This document shows, piece after piece, positions 8,941 through 18,722 of a stretch of 64,000 nucleotides of DNA. The stretch is from the IMG/VR virus record IMGVR_UViG_3300050132_000248, positions 1 to 64,000 of that record; one strand, given 5' to 3'. Made by a program: the position numbers and the translations under genes. Under the pieces are notes generated by a model. That model saw nothing but the letters and a program-made list of their open reading frames with translations. It did no database searches and was not told the DNA's origin. Every line of letters starts with the position of its first letter. The stretch's first letter is position 1. Source of the stretch: a virus.

Positions 8941-8977
8941 AGGTTAGTACAAAGATAACGATTTTTTGTACTAACCT
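8941..8977 (-). terminator. 13-bp hairpin (terminator-like) containing a -7 promoter box
   Basis: AGGTTAGTACAAA-N11-TTTGTACTAACCT followed by ATTTTATTT; TATCTTTG at 8950-8957 spans the loop and 3' arm. Confidence 0.6.
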
Positions 8978-8991
8978 ATTATGTTAGTTAG

Positions 8992-10407
8992 CTATTCTTC
9001 CTCATCTTCTTCATTAACAACACGGTTTTTTATAATATCAGTCATTTCATTAAGAACATCTACAATATTTCTCATTTGAGAAGAAGATAGATTTGAAAAG
9101 TTAAATTCATGTTTTGTAGCTTCAGCAGCAAATCCTTCTTTTACCTTTTCTTCTAAATTCTGAAGTTCGTCTATTGCATATTGCTCATCCAATTCCAAGA
9201 AGTCAAAATCTGCAGAATTCATAATTTCTTCAGCTTCTACTACACTACTCGTCATGAATGGTAAATACTCCCAACATCTTCCTTTTTCAATACCAATACC
9301 AACAACCTTCATTGGATTATGAAGAGTGAAAACAGTAGTGTCTCCACATAATACATAAGGAGCTGTATGACCAGCAAAATGTAATCCTGCTTCTGCACAA
9401 TCTGCTGTAGACCAACTACATTTCTCTGGAGACATAGTTACTTTCTGACCAATTCTGATATTGAAGGAATGCGTATATGCGTCAGTATAACTATTTTCCT
9501 TCATCTTTGGGAGATCCAGATATAGACTTTCAAGATTACCTACAATAGTTCCTTTGGGTTCATTTACTACCTTATGCATGGAATATTTACCATCCTTTTC
9601 TTCAATCCTAAAATCTCTCGGGGATTTTTTCCATACTGCTTTGACATTATTATATGTATTAGAAATTATTTCTACTAATTCATGATTAGCTTCATCTTTT
9701 CTAACAACATTTCTTAAAGCTACAAAGAATCCTTGTTTAGTGATTTTAAAATCATTCCTTACAAGAAAGTCATATAGTTTGTCTGCTACTTCTGCCCTAG
9801 GATTTAAGCAACACCATAAAAAGAATCGTTTAAGAGAAGTATATTCCACATCTGCGTAAACATCATTTTCCCATGCTCCTCCTAAACCCTTAAAATAATT
9901 AATTATTTCAGCAAATTTGCTTACAAGAAGAGGGGGAAGACTTCTATCAATTCCCTTGAGATAGATAGAATTTCCTTTTGTTTCAAAGTCAGGAAAGTCA
10001 ATAACACTATTTATATCATCATTAGAGACCTGAATACTATCTAGAATATCCTTCTTTGGTTCCTCTTTTCCTCTCATTATATCAATGATTTCATCTTCTG
10101 TAGAACAAGCTTTTACATCAAGAAAATCATTGACAGTTGCTTGAGATTTGTTAATAACACTACCATCATTGAAGACAATAGTGAGAACGTTGTTTACGAA
10201 TTTAAGCCTCTTATACGGCCCTGTAGGAAAATAAGGCTGAGGTGTAGGAGATTTTATACATTTTAAAACCTCATCTTTATTATCACGGAGTTCCTCCCTT
10301 TTCAGATTCTTCTCTATAGAATCATTAAACAATTCTTCTCTCCTTATTTGAAGATCAAGAAGCTGTTCTTGTTTCTTCTTATCTTTAAACCAATTTAAAA
10401 TACTCAT
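8992..10407 (-). CDS. rIIB-like protein
   Basis: FFLWCCLNP, LYDFL...DFKIT..GFFVALR.V, SVVEA motifs; directly downstream of the rIIA-like gene. Confidence 0.75.
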   Translation of the reverse strand: MSILNWFKDKKKQEQLLDLQIRREELFNDSIEKNLKREELRDNKDEVLKCIKSPTPQPYFPTGPYKRLKFVNNVLTIVFNDGSVINKSQATVNDFLDVKACSTEDEIIDIMRGKEEPKKDILDSIQVSNDDINSVIDFPDFETKGNSIYLKGIDRSLPPLLVSKFAEIINYFKGLGGAWENDVYADVEYTSLKRFFLWCCLNPRAEVADKLYDFLVRNDFKITKQGFFVALRNVVRKDEANHELVEIISNTYNNVKAVWKKSPRDFRIEEKDGKYSMHKVVNEPKGTIVGNLESLYLDLPKMKENSYTDAYTHSFNIRIGQKVTMSPEKCSWSTADCAEAGLHFAGHTAPYVLCGDTTVFTLHNPMKVVGIGIEKGRCWEYLPFMTSSVVEAEEIMNSADFDFLELDEQYAIDELQNLEEKVKEGFAAEATKHEFNFSNLSSSQMRNIVDVLNEMTDIIKNRVVNEEDEEE

Positions 10408-10419
10408 AAGTTTTTGTTT

Positions 10420-12714
10420 TTAATTGTTTATAATTTCATCATTTTCTTCTTTTAATTCTGATTCTGACTTTTTATTATACCAATCAAGGTTTACTTTATA
10501 CTTGTTATATTTCAACAAATCAACGATTATTCTGTCTCTGGTAGTGTCATTATTTCTAATTTCTCCATAGATGATATCAAGAAAAGGGAACCTGTCAAGA
10601 GTTTCTTTCATCTCCAGATATTCCAGATATATACTATAATCAAATAGATCGTGTGTTGTAGCTACTTCTAACATAGCTGTAAATAATTCATCAGACACTC
10701 CATGACTATAATTCTTACTATCATAATTATTTATCTTCTCGAGTTTGTTTGATAAATCAGTAGATATAGTTTTTATGTCATCTCTATTATCAAAGACATG
10801 TCTGTATTTACTTTTCAATCTGTCAATTAATTGAGCAGTTATTAGTCTTTTATAGATTGCATTGTTTCCTTCCATAAATTTCTCATATGAAATTAAATTA
10901 TGAACATCAAGTGTATCCACTCTTTTTATTTCTCTTTCAGAGAATGTAATAAGTTTACATGTTTGGTTAGAAGAAAGTTCATATAGTCTATCAAGTTTCA
11001 GAGAATTATCATGAGAAGTATAAATATAGAACATATTAGTACTCATGATTTTTTTGAGATCAATGGAGAAAGGAACAAACTTACAACTCTTTCCATCAAC
11101 ATATCTCTCTAAATTCTCTGCTCTCTTACATGACAATTCACCTTCAAGCTTCTGATGTCCATTCTTCTTGATTTTAATGGTTACTCTCTGGGCTTTTCTA
11201 TTGGCAAGCCATGGTGCAGGAATCACAAGAGCATCAGCATCAATGATATTAGCCTCAAGGCTTTCTTTAATAAGCTGAAACTCCTTTATTCTTGCTCTCC
11301 ATTCACTTTTAGGATGTAAATGTAGACTGAGAAGAGAATTATAAGAGATATTCTTGCCATTATCAAACAAATCATTCTTATTAGAAAAAAGTTTTCTCTC
11401 TCTTATCTTCTTTATAAAATATGCGTTCTTGGAAGAAATAGACTTGATATACTCTTTTTTAACACCTCCTAATTTTTCAGAGAATTTATAGATGTTGTAC
11501 TTATCTTCAAAATGCCACCATTTAACATAGTCATTGTATTTTCTCTCCCTTAATCTACTGCTATAACTAAGTTCGTATTTTACAGCATATTCAGAGAATA
11601 TTTCATCTCTTTGTCCTGCCAGCTTTTTGAGATCTAATAAAGAGATTCCCTTAAGATGAGGTTCTTTGATCTTTACATCAGAATATTTGAGAATACTACT
11701 AATTTCAACATTCTGTTTATGTCCAACATCAATATATCTTCCATTATTAGAATAATACTGAACAATCTTCCTGAAATCATCTGTATTCTCTATGAACTTA
11801 TTATACATTTCAACCAGCTTGGAAGCAACAGTCTTTATCTTTTTAAGAATAATTTCTTTTGCTTCATTGGTATATCTGATTGATTCCCTGTTTACTACAG
11901 GATAAATTCCATCAGATAGACCAAATCTTAAACCAATTGGAACAGCTATTGGAGAAATTCCTAATTTAGAAAAATCTAAAGGATAATAGACATTATCAAG
12001 ACATAGATGTAAATTACTATCAGTGGTAAGTTCTGACATTTGAAAATCGTCATATCTGGTTATTTTGAAATTGTTATCTATGGAGCCATTATTACAACTC
12101 ACATCAAAATAGATACTCTCAAAATAACAAAGTTGCTCTTTGATTTTAGTAAAGAAGTTATTTGCATCATAATAACTGACAGGAACAATTATTTTTACCC
12201 CATTGGGTTGGTCAGTAGAATTCTCATCAATCAAATCAATGATATTTTCCTCTTCTCCTTCAGACATTATATACTTCCTCTCTATTCCATTCTTTCTTAC
12301 GATAAAAGTGAAAGAAGAAGTATATGCTAATGGAGCTTTCCACCCTAATCCGTACATTCCCAATTCAATACTACTAAGCTTCTTGGTAGATTTTCCATAT
12401 TTGGAAATAATATCCACAACATCATTATGATCCAAGCCTTGACCAAAATCCTCTACTGTGAATTCATAATTATTATTCTCACGTTTGAAGGATACAATAA
12501 TAGGTCTGTCGGTCACTCCTGCTGCTCTATGACTGTCTAATGCGTTACTACAAACTTCACGCACAGTACTACCAATAGCATCTGAATATAAATTCTTACT
12601 TAGGATTTGCATTATGTCTTTTGCAGAATCTAAGTCAAGTGACATTTTGATGGTTTCCTGAATATTCTCTCCATCTTGTAGAATTACTGCTCCTGATTGC
12701 TTTTGTTCTATCAT
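10420..12714 (-). CDS. rIIA-like protein with N-terminal GHKL (Hsp90-like) ATPase
   Basis: LYSD.IGSTVREVCSNALD, VEDFGQGL, G.ST, G.YGLG.K motifs. Confidence 0.8.
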   Translation of the reverse strand: MIEQKQSGAVILQDGENIQETIKMSLDLDSAKDIMQILSKNLYSDAIGSTVREVCSNALDSHRAAGVTDRPIIVSFKRENNNYEFTVEDFGQGLDHNDVVDIISKYGKSTKKLSSIELGMYGLGWKAPLAYTSSFTFIVRKNGIERKYIMSEGEEENIIDLIDENSTDQPNGVKIIVPVSYYDANNFFTKIKEQLCYFESIYFDVSCNNGSIDNNFKITRYDDFQMSELTTDSNLHLCLDNVYYPLDFSKLGISPIAVPIGLRFGLSDGIYPVVNRESIRYTNEAKEIILKKIKTVASKLVEMYNKFIENTDDFRKIVQYYSNNGRYIDVGHKQNVEISSILKYSDVKIKEPHLKGISLLDLKKLAGQRDEIFSEYAVKYELSYSSRLRERKYNDYVKWWHFEDKYNIYKFSEKLGGVKKEYIKSISSKNAYFIKKIRERKLFSNKNDLFDNGKNISYNSLLSLHLHPKSEWRARIKEFQLIKESLEANIIDADALVIPAPWLANRKAQRVTIKIKKNGHQKLEGELSCKRAENLERYVDGKSCKFVPFSIDLKKIMSTNMFYIYTSHDNSLKLDRLYELSSNQTCKLITFSEREIKRVDTLDVHNLISYEKFMEGNNAIYKRLITAQLIDRLKSKYRHVFDNRDDIKTISTDLSNKLEKINNYDSKNYSHGVSDELFTAMLEVATTHDLFDYSIYLEYLEMKETLDRFPFLDIIYGEIRNNDTTRDRIIVDLLKYNKYKVNLDWYNKKSESELKEENDEIINN

Positions 12715-12718
12715 GTGT

Positions 12719-13003
12719 TTAAATGTTTAAAAGTTTAAGTGCTTCAAGTGCTGTTTCATAGGTATCTCTTACTTCTGGATTAATAATCAACTCTGGAGAA
12801 TATTTAACTATTCTGTCTGGAAGATACTTTTTCATATGAGATTTATAAGGCTTATCCTTTTTATCTACAATAAACCAGTTCCATAAGCTATTTATAGTAT
12901 AATATTGATGATTTCCTAAATAAAAAGCAGCAGTTCCATATTTATCCTCAACTACAAAAATCAAATCACCCTTCTTAATTTCTCCTGATATATAACTTTC
13001 CAT
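12719..13003 (-). CDS. hypothetical protein
   Basis: 94-aa ORF, GGAGGG SD. Confidence 0.6.
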   Translation of the reverse strand: MESYISGEIKKGDLIFVVEDKYGTAAFYLGNHQYYTINSLWNWFIVDKKDKPYKSHMKKYLPDRIVKYSPELIINPEVRDTYETALEALKLLNI

Positions 13004-13004
13004 A

Positions 13005-13319
13005 TTACATTCCCTCCCTTTTTACAAGCCACATATCTTTGTAATTCAATCCATATATCATCTTTTCAGTATTATGTTCCTCTGGAGTACAGTAATAACG
13101 ATAAAAGACTTTAGTCCTCATATAACTTGTTCCCTGATATAATACTCTTTCTTCTCTATCCATTTTCGTAGAACATTTTACTCCTGACCATTTACTACTT
13201 TTAGCACTCTTCTTTGGAAGTCTACACACCTTATAATATCTCAAATGACCGTTGGAAGAGACAATAATCTCATCTCCTATTTCCAATTCTTCAATTTTGA
13301 TTATTCTGTTTGTATCCAT
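13005..13319 (-). CDS. hypothetical protein
   Basis: 104-aa ORF. Confidence 0.6.
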   Translation of the reverse strand: MDTNRIIKIEELEIGDEIIVSSNGHLRYYKVCRLPKKSAKSSKWSGVKCSTKMDREERVLYQGTSYMRTKVFYRYYCTPEEHNTEKMIYGLNYKDMWLVKREGM

Positions 13320-14068
13320 GTGATTGTTGTATTATTGTTTTCTTTTAGTATTTTATTCACGGCTGTAAATGTTCCTTTAGAATCCCATTGACTATTAGTG
13401 TATGCAGCACTCGCTGGGTGAGAGAGTTCAAATATCCATGTAAAGGGCATTATATACCTCTTAAGTTTTTGAGCTTCTCTGCCTAATAGAACAATAGGAA
13501 TTCCATTGGTTGTAAACACCTCTTCAAATAGGAATTTCATAAACGGTTCCCAAATTTCCTGATGACTTCCGGGTTTTCCTTCCTCTACAGTAAGAGCAGA
13601 ATTTAATAAAAGGACTCCCTCGTGAGCAAGATAACTAAGGTCTGGATCCTTCACCATATTCAATTGTAAACCTTTTCCTATATCAGTTTCTAATGCATTG
13701 TAGAATTGCTCCAACGATGGTTGTAGTCTTTTAGTTATTGAACAACTCATCATTAAACCATCTGCGATTGGATATATCTTAGAAGGTCTATTCATATCAG
13801 CATTAGGAAGAAATTTGTCTGACCATCCAGCGAATGTATGATAAGGGCAAAAACCTGCCAAAACAGTCCTTACATCATCTAAAGGAGTTTCTTGAAAACA
13901 TCTAAAGACATTATGAGAAAGTGGTGCAATTTTTTTTCCTCTAGCAGAATCTGTTTTAAGTCTCTCATACACAGCATCAAAGCCTCCAGAGAGGAAGAAG
14001 GGCTTGAATTTTTCAGCCCAACTTCCGAACAGAGGTTTAAACAACTCAAAATCAAGTTTTGTGCTCAT
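13301..14068 (-). CDS. family-1 uracil-DNA glycosylase homolog with altered catalytic motif
   Basis: VF.CFQETP..DV, GFCPYH (canonical GQDPYH), GVLLLNSALTV, SHQ.IWEPF, LSHPAS. Confidence 0.8.
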   Translation of the reverse strand: MSTKLDFELFKPLFGSWAEKFKPFFLSGGFDAVYERLKTDSARGKKIAPLSHNVFRCFQETPLDDVRTVLAGFCPYHTFAGWSDKFLPNADMNRPSKIYPIADGLMMSCSITKRLQPSLEQFYNALETDIGKGLQLNMVKDPDLSYLAHEGVLLLNSALTVEEGKPGSHQEIWEPFMKFLFEEVFTTNGIPIVLLGREAQKLKRYIMPFTWIFELSHPASAAYTNSQWDSKGTFTAVNKILKENNNTTITWIQTE

Positions 14069-14324
14069 TCTTCCATTTTTTAAACTCTCTAATAGTCATT
14101 CGTGAAAGAGAAGAGTAAGAAATAGATAATTTTCGATGACTCTCTTCTAATTTACTTAATTTCTCCTGAATAGATATGAGTACCTCATCATTGGTAAGAA
14201 GAAAAGCGCCATATCCATCTTTAAGATTTACTCCTACTCTCTTGTACTTTCCTATGTGGTTTAATTTGAAATCTCTTAATTTATTATAATAATCAAGAGA
14301 AATCGTTACTGTGTCTTTTTCCAT
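14052..14324 (-). CDS. hypothetical protein
   Basis: 90-aa ORF. Confidence 0.55.
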   Translation of the reverse strand: MEKDTVTISLDYYNKLRDFKLNHIGKYKRVGVNLKDGYGAFLLTNDEVLISIQEKLSKLEESHRKLSISYSSLSRMTIREFKKWKNEHKT

Positions 14325-15223
14325 TATTCTAATTCTTTAGATTCATTAGGAACAATAGTTGGTTTAGCAAAAGATGCCAAAGGAATATTTGCTATTTCTT
14401 CTTCAGACAATTCTTCTGTTACTCCCGGGACATCAAATATTTCCATTTGATTGGTAGCAAATCCATTAGAAATATCATTCTCAATAAGTATATTCTTCTT
14501 CTCTGGAACAAATAGTCCAGCTTCATTAACGAAGAATTTATTGGCTGCAAGGTGGTCTTTCATCCATAATGAGGGATGAATATCACGCATAGAATAGGTT
14601 ACAAACTGATAAATTTCCCACATACTGTTAGGAGCACCATAATCATAGGTAGGTTTCATCAATTCTCTCTTTATGATGTTCATTTGGGTAGATTCGATGA
14701 AATCTTCCTCAATATACATCCTTCCAAGTAGTTCAGCCTGTACTCTCTTACTCAATTGCATTTCCTTCATTGTCTCACGCTGTTTCTGCATCTGTATGAA
14801 CATATCTCCTGCTGTCTTGATATACTCCTCTATTGTCTTGGGAGTGAACTCCTGTACATCGCCAGTGTGCTTACGTTTGAAATTACCCATATCAGAACTA
14901 CAACATCCATTAGAACACACGAAAACGTGAATTCCCAATGCAAATTTTAGGCTAACTTGCTTATTATAAGAGTTTTGCCATGCGATTTGTAATTGCATTT
15001 CCTTATCTGCGATATTCTTAATAGAATAATGCCCTGTAGCAATTGCTCCATCTCTGGCAGATTGATACCACTCTTTCTCAAGTTCAAACCCTGCTCCTGA
15101 TATACTATTGAGTGTTAAATCAATTAGTTGTTCATGAGAAATTGGTTTGTATGATTTTGTTTCCTCAGCAATTGGAACTCTTACCAATACTTCTTTTGTT
15201 GTTTTATATGTTACTTTGTCCAT
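14324..15223 (-). CDS. DUF932-like protein
   Basis: YKPISH..LI, NSYN, FVCSNG, RKHTG, SMW.IYQ..T motifs. Confidence 0.7.
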   Translation of the reverse strand: MDKVTYKTTKEVLVRVPIAEETKSYKPISHEQLIDLTLNSISGAGFELEKEWYQSARDGAIATGHYSIKNIADKEMQLQIAWQNSYNKQVSLKFALGIHVFVCSNGCCSSDMGNFKRKHTGDVQEFTPKTIEEYIKTAGDMFIQMQKQRETMKEMQLSKRVQAELLGRMYIEEDFIESTQMNIIKRELMKPTYDYGAPNSMWEIYQFVTYSMRDIHPSLWMKDHLAANKFFVNEAGLFVPEKKNILIENDISNGFATNQMEIFDVPGVTEELSEEEIANIPLASFAKPTIVPNESKELE

Positions 15224-15233
15224 TTGTTATGTT

Positions 15234-15443
15234 TTAAGATTGTTCAATTGTGAATTCGATTCCTAATTCTCGTAATACCTTTCTTGCCATGTTAGTTTCT
15301 CCAGCAGATTCTCCACCAGAGTAAGCATCATCAAAATTTCCTCCTGACATATCTTTAGGATCAAAGTCATCTTGTTCATCCCAAGATTTATTTTCAGCAT
15401 AACTCTTCAATGTTTTAATAAATTCTTCTGTAAGTTCTTTCAT
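15234..15443 (-). CDS. hypothetical protein
   Basis: 69-aa acidic ORF. Confidence 0.6.
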   Translation of the reverse strand: MKELTEEFIKTLKSYAENKSWDEQDDFDPKDMSGGNFDDAYSGGESAGETNMARKVLRELGIEFTIEQS

Positions 15444-15447
15444 AATT

Positions 15448-15768
15448 CTAGTTTTTATATTCTACAAAAAGTTCTTTCCCATTCCATTTGCTCTTCTCAT
15501 TCCATATCCACTCTCCCTTTAGTCTTCTTAGTCTTACTCCCGGGAGAGTATTTAGAGCTTGTGCTGTTGTTGCTGTGCACCATCCACAATCATAAATAAG
15601 AAATCCTCCTGCACACAATTCTGCAATTGTGTTTCCAAAGAGGATGAATTCAGATCCTGTGGATTCATAATTTCCAAGTTTGAGCCTCTGTCCATTTACA
15701 AAGGCTCTTGCCATTTTAATTGCTGTACTATTTCCCATTTTCTTTTCGTTTTTGTAACACATCTTCAA
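15448..15768 (-). CDS. hypothetical phage protein
   Basis: ORF with LFGNTIA and DCGW.T.TT..LN motifs; true start probably the internal Met. Confidence 0.6.
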   Translation of the reverse strand: MKMCYKNEKKMGNSTAIKMARAFVNGQRLKLGNYESTGSEFILFGNTIAELCAGGFLIYDCGWCTATTAQALNTLPGVRLRRLKGEWIWNEKSKWNGKELFVEYKN

Positions 15769-16033
15769 GTTTGAGATAGAAATCTATTCCTTCTTCTACA
15801 GAATGGGAAATTGCTCTATCTAGTTCAACATTAAGAACTTCTGTCAAATTGGTATAGAATCTTGAGGTTCCAAACTTACTCTTGATTTGATGATATTTGA
15901 ATCCCGGGATTTTAATAAGTCCCTGAAATATCTCATCAAGCTTATTAGTTACCTCTGGAATACTAATATCAAGTCCATAATGACCTTCTTCCAAATAATC
16001 TTTGTATTTCTCGTTAAATTCATCCGTTGTCAT
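15728..16033 (-). CDS. hypothetical protein
   Basis: 101-aa ORF, QIK.KFG..RFY motif, GGAGG SD. Confidence 0.65.
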   Translation of the reverse strand: MTTDEFNEKYKDYLEEGHYGLDISIPEVTNKLDEIFQGLIKIPGFKYHQIKSKFGTSRFYTNLTEVLNVELDRAISHSVEEGIDFYLKLEDVLQKRKENGK

Positions 16034-16036
16034 AAT

Positions 16037-16327
16037 TTATCCTCCATCTGTTCCTTCCTGCATAGCAGAAAATACTGATTTTTCATCTGAATGACATTCA
16101 TTTTCATACTTCTTTGTAGGTTTTCCTGTTTTAGGATTTAACCAATCATCCTTCTTTAGTTCATCATGATTATATGGAATAGTTGCTACAAAACTTACCC
16201 TCCTATGTAGCATTACAATATTACCACAGCAGGTAGTTACACCTTTTGGATTTCCTTCATATATTTCACAATTTTGAAATACAGGAGCCAAAAATTCTAA
16301 TTCTCCATTACAATGTGGACATTTCAT
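16037..16327 (-). CDS. hypothetical zinc-ribbon protein
   Basis: CPHC...TCC. Confidence 0.6.
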   Translation of the reverse strand: MKCPHCNGELEFLAPVFQNCEIYEGNPKGVTTCCGNIVMLHRRVSFVATIPYNHDELKKDDWLNPKTGKPTKKYENECHSDEKSVFSAMQEGTDGG

Positions 16328-16328
16328 A

Positions 16329-17384
16329 TTATTCCTCCTCTTCTAAATCACGTTTATATTTGAGTTGTGAAATTGTACATTCATCTGGTTCTACATCATC
16401 ACGAAATTCCTTTAGAACAGGTTGAAAAAGGCTACCACCTTTATAGGCATATAAGTATTTGATTTCCAGCACCTGACCAATTTTCGGCATTTCCTGATTT
16501 GGATATACAGTTACACTTCCTACATTTACTCTAACAGGACCATCATAAAGCCACATTTCTACTGATCTTTTTCCTTCTTTTCTTTGCTCTCCTGCAATTA
16601 CAGAACATGTAGCCCTGAATTTGAATTTCAAATGATCACCCCCACTATTAGGTCTACCAGCTTTATAAAGAGAATCTTTCCTCTTGAAGACAACACCTTC
16701 AGCATTCTTCTCTTTCATTTCCTTAAAGAGAGCAATTTTCTCTCGTTGAGTAGTAGCAGTCTTTGTAATCTTGATATTATCAGAGTTCATTCTTCCCATT
16801 AATACCTGAAGTATGAGATATCTATCTATATAGGGAGATTTTCCTGACTTAATAGAGAAATCTATAGCATCCCAACATTTAAAAACCTCCCCTACAAGTT
16901 CTCCACAGAAAGTTACATCATCAGCAATATTAATCTCAATATCATGAATGATCTTCTCTGGAATAGAAATCTGCAAACCTTTCTTATTTGAGGCAATGGC
17001 TTTACCATCTTTGAAAATAACTCCAATATTTCTCCCATCCTCTTTCTCCTGCATAAGCCAATCATCATTCAATATCAATTGATTAGCAATATCCTCATCA
17101 ATTTCATTAAGAAGTTGAGGTTTATAACCAACATAATTAGAATCTGTTGGAGTAGAATAAGCCACTCCTTCACTTCCTTCATTATAACCTTTTGCCTTTT
17201 TCTCGTTAATTAACTGATTGTAAACCTTTAAGGCTTTATCAGGGGTACAATTCTCACATTTCACTAAACTCGTGAGAGCATTTCCTCTCCTTCCATATTG
17301 AACAGTAACAGTTCCTTCTGATAAGGAAACATGATATTCCTTATCCGATCTGGAATCTTTGTAATATAAAGACGTTTTTTCCAT
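16329..17384 (-). CDS. ATP-dependent DNA ligase with N-terminal WGR-like domain
   Basis: N-terminal DKEYHV...VQYGRRG (WGR-like); QEKEDG (motif I), FCGELV, CWDAI, EGVVFK, LKFK, C-terminal OB fold. Confidence 0.85.
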   Translation of the reverse strand: MEKTSLYYKDSRSDKEYHVSLSEGTVTVQYGRRGNALTSLVKCENCTPDKALKVYNQLINEKKAKGYNEGSEGVAYSTPTDSNYVGYKPQLLNEIDEDIANQLILNDDWLMQEKEDGRNIGVIFKDGKAIASNKKGLQISIPEKIIHDIEINIADDVTFCGELVGEVFKCWDAIDFSIKSGKSPYIDRYLILQVLMGRMNSDNIKITKTATTQREKIALFKEMKEKNAEGVVFKRKDSLYKAGRPNSGGDHLKFKFRATCSVIAGEQRKEGKRSVEMWLYDGPVRVNVGSVTVYPNQEMPKIGQVLEIKYLYAYKGGSLFQPVLKEFRDDVEPDECTISQLKYKRDLEEEE

Positions 17385-17608
17385 TATATTTCCTCCTGTT
17401 TTGGTAATTCTGTTAAAGATTCATCTCCAAATTCCACTCTTCTTTCATTCAATTCTTCAAGGGAGTAATATTCTGTTTGTGTGAAATAATGAAATCCACA
17501 ATCAAAACATTCTCCACTAACAGCATCAAAGGGTTTATAATCACCACTACTTATTGTATTTTCACTTCCACAATTTGGGCAAGTGAAACTGTCTGACCAT
17601 CCACTCAT
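17384..17608 (-). CDS. hypothetical zinc-ribbon protein
   Basis: CPNC...CFDC. Confidence 0.6.
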   Translation of the reverse strand: MSGWSDSFTCPNCGSENTISSGDYKPFDAVSGECFDCGFHYFTQTEYYSLEELNERRVEFGDESLTELPKQEEI

Positions 17609-17639
17609 AATATTTTCCTTTCTTTTAAATAATCTTCAA

Positions 17640-17816
17640 TTAATTTCTTTTTGCATGAATAGTAGAAATCTCTGCTTCTGGAAATTTCTCTTTAAAGTAT
17701 ATTTTTGCAATATTAGTTGCATTCTCAGCACTATAGGAGGAATAATGATATTCTACAACATAATTACTTCTATTGAGTATATAAGTTATTTCTACTTTAA
17801 ATAAATAAGATTTCAT
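17640..17816 (-). CDS. hypothetical protein (58 aa, not in ORF track)
   Basis: MKSYLFKVEITYILNRSNYVVEYHYSSYSAENATNIAKIYFKEKFPEAEISTIHAKRN*; its ATG overlaps the TGA of the upstream ORF (ATGA). Confidence 0.55.
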   Translation of the reverse strand: MKSYLFKVEITYILNRSNYVVEYHYSSYSAENATNIAKIYFKEKFPEAEISTIHAKRN

Positions 17817-18661
17817 ATTAATAATCCTTTCTTTTTAAAATGTTCTTCAACTTCCTTCATATTTTTGAAATTTTTGAATTTTTCATATTTTCTTAATAAT
17901 TTTATACAATTATCGTCAGAATAGATATACTCACAGAATCTTAAAACTTCTGATATTCTTGTAATAAACATATACCAAGAATTACTTCTCTTATCTTTCT
18001 TATGATTTGCATTAATATTTAACTCTTTACTTAGAAAGATAGAGAGATCTTTTAAGAACCATTCACTACTTACAATATTTATCATTATTCTATTCTGGGA
18101 AGCATAAATACACTCATCTCCATCTATATATCCCCTAATAAAATGACTTAATTTATCTAAAGGAACCTGTTCCTCTGTAGGAAATTTTAAAATTTGGGAT
18201 TTATTGGCAGTTATACCCTTCCCTTCCAAATCATTTATTAACTTTTCAGAGTTTAGTTCTAAAGAGTAGTAAGCCTTTCCTATATACTTGGTATTTTTGA
18301 TAGGTTTTGATTTACCGTATGCTAATGGTTTTTTTGTCTCTACTTCTTTTCTTAAACTTTCGAGAATATAACTATCCTTTTCTGTTAGAGTTATCTTGCA
18401 GCTATTCTTTTTAGTGTTAATAGAACCATCAGCATATAGAAGTCCCAAGAAATAAGCCTTATTTGGAGTGTTAATATTTTCAAAATACCTGTCATTGAAT
18501 TTGTATCTAAATCTAGTTATCTCTACGTTATTACTTTTTAGATAAAAACCTACAGTAACTGCAGATATATGAAGTTCTTTGGCTATTTCTTTTGTATTTT
18601 TTCTAACTGTTACATAACTGTAGATCATGTAATCAATCATTTCTTGTGTTATTTTCGTCAT
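17813..18661 (-). mobile_element. free-standing LAGLIDADG homing endonuclease gene with N-terminal HTH
   Basis: KAYFLGLLYADGS and SHFIRGYIDGD motifs; own promoter; C-terminus is a copy of the primase C-terminus. Confidence 0.85.
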
Positions 18662-18682
18662 ATTACTTATATTTTATTTCTG

Positions 18683-18714
18683 CAAATATAAGTAATTCTA
18701 GTGATTGAAACAAG
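18683..18714 (-). promoter_or_regulatory. Bacteroidota-type promoter driving the endonuclease gene
   Basis: CTTG-N20-TATATTTG(C) on the minus strand, about 21 nt upstream of ATG 18661. Confidence 0.55.
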
Positions 18715-18722
18715 AAATTATA

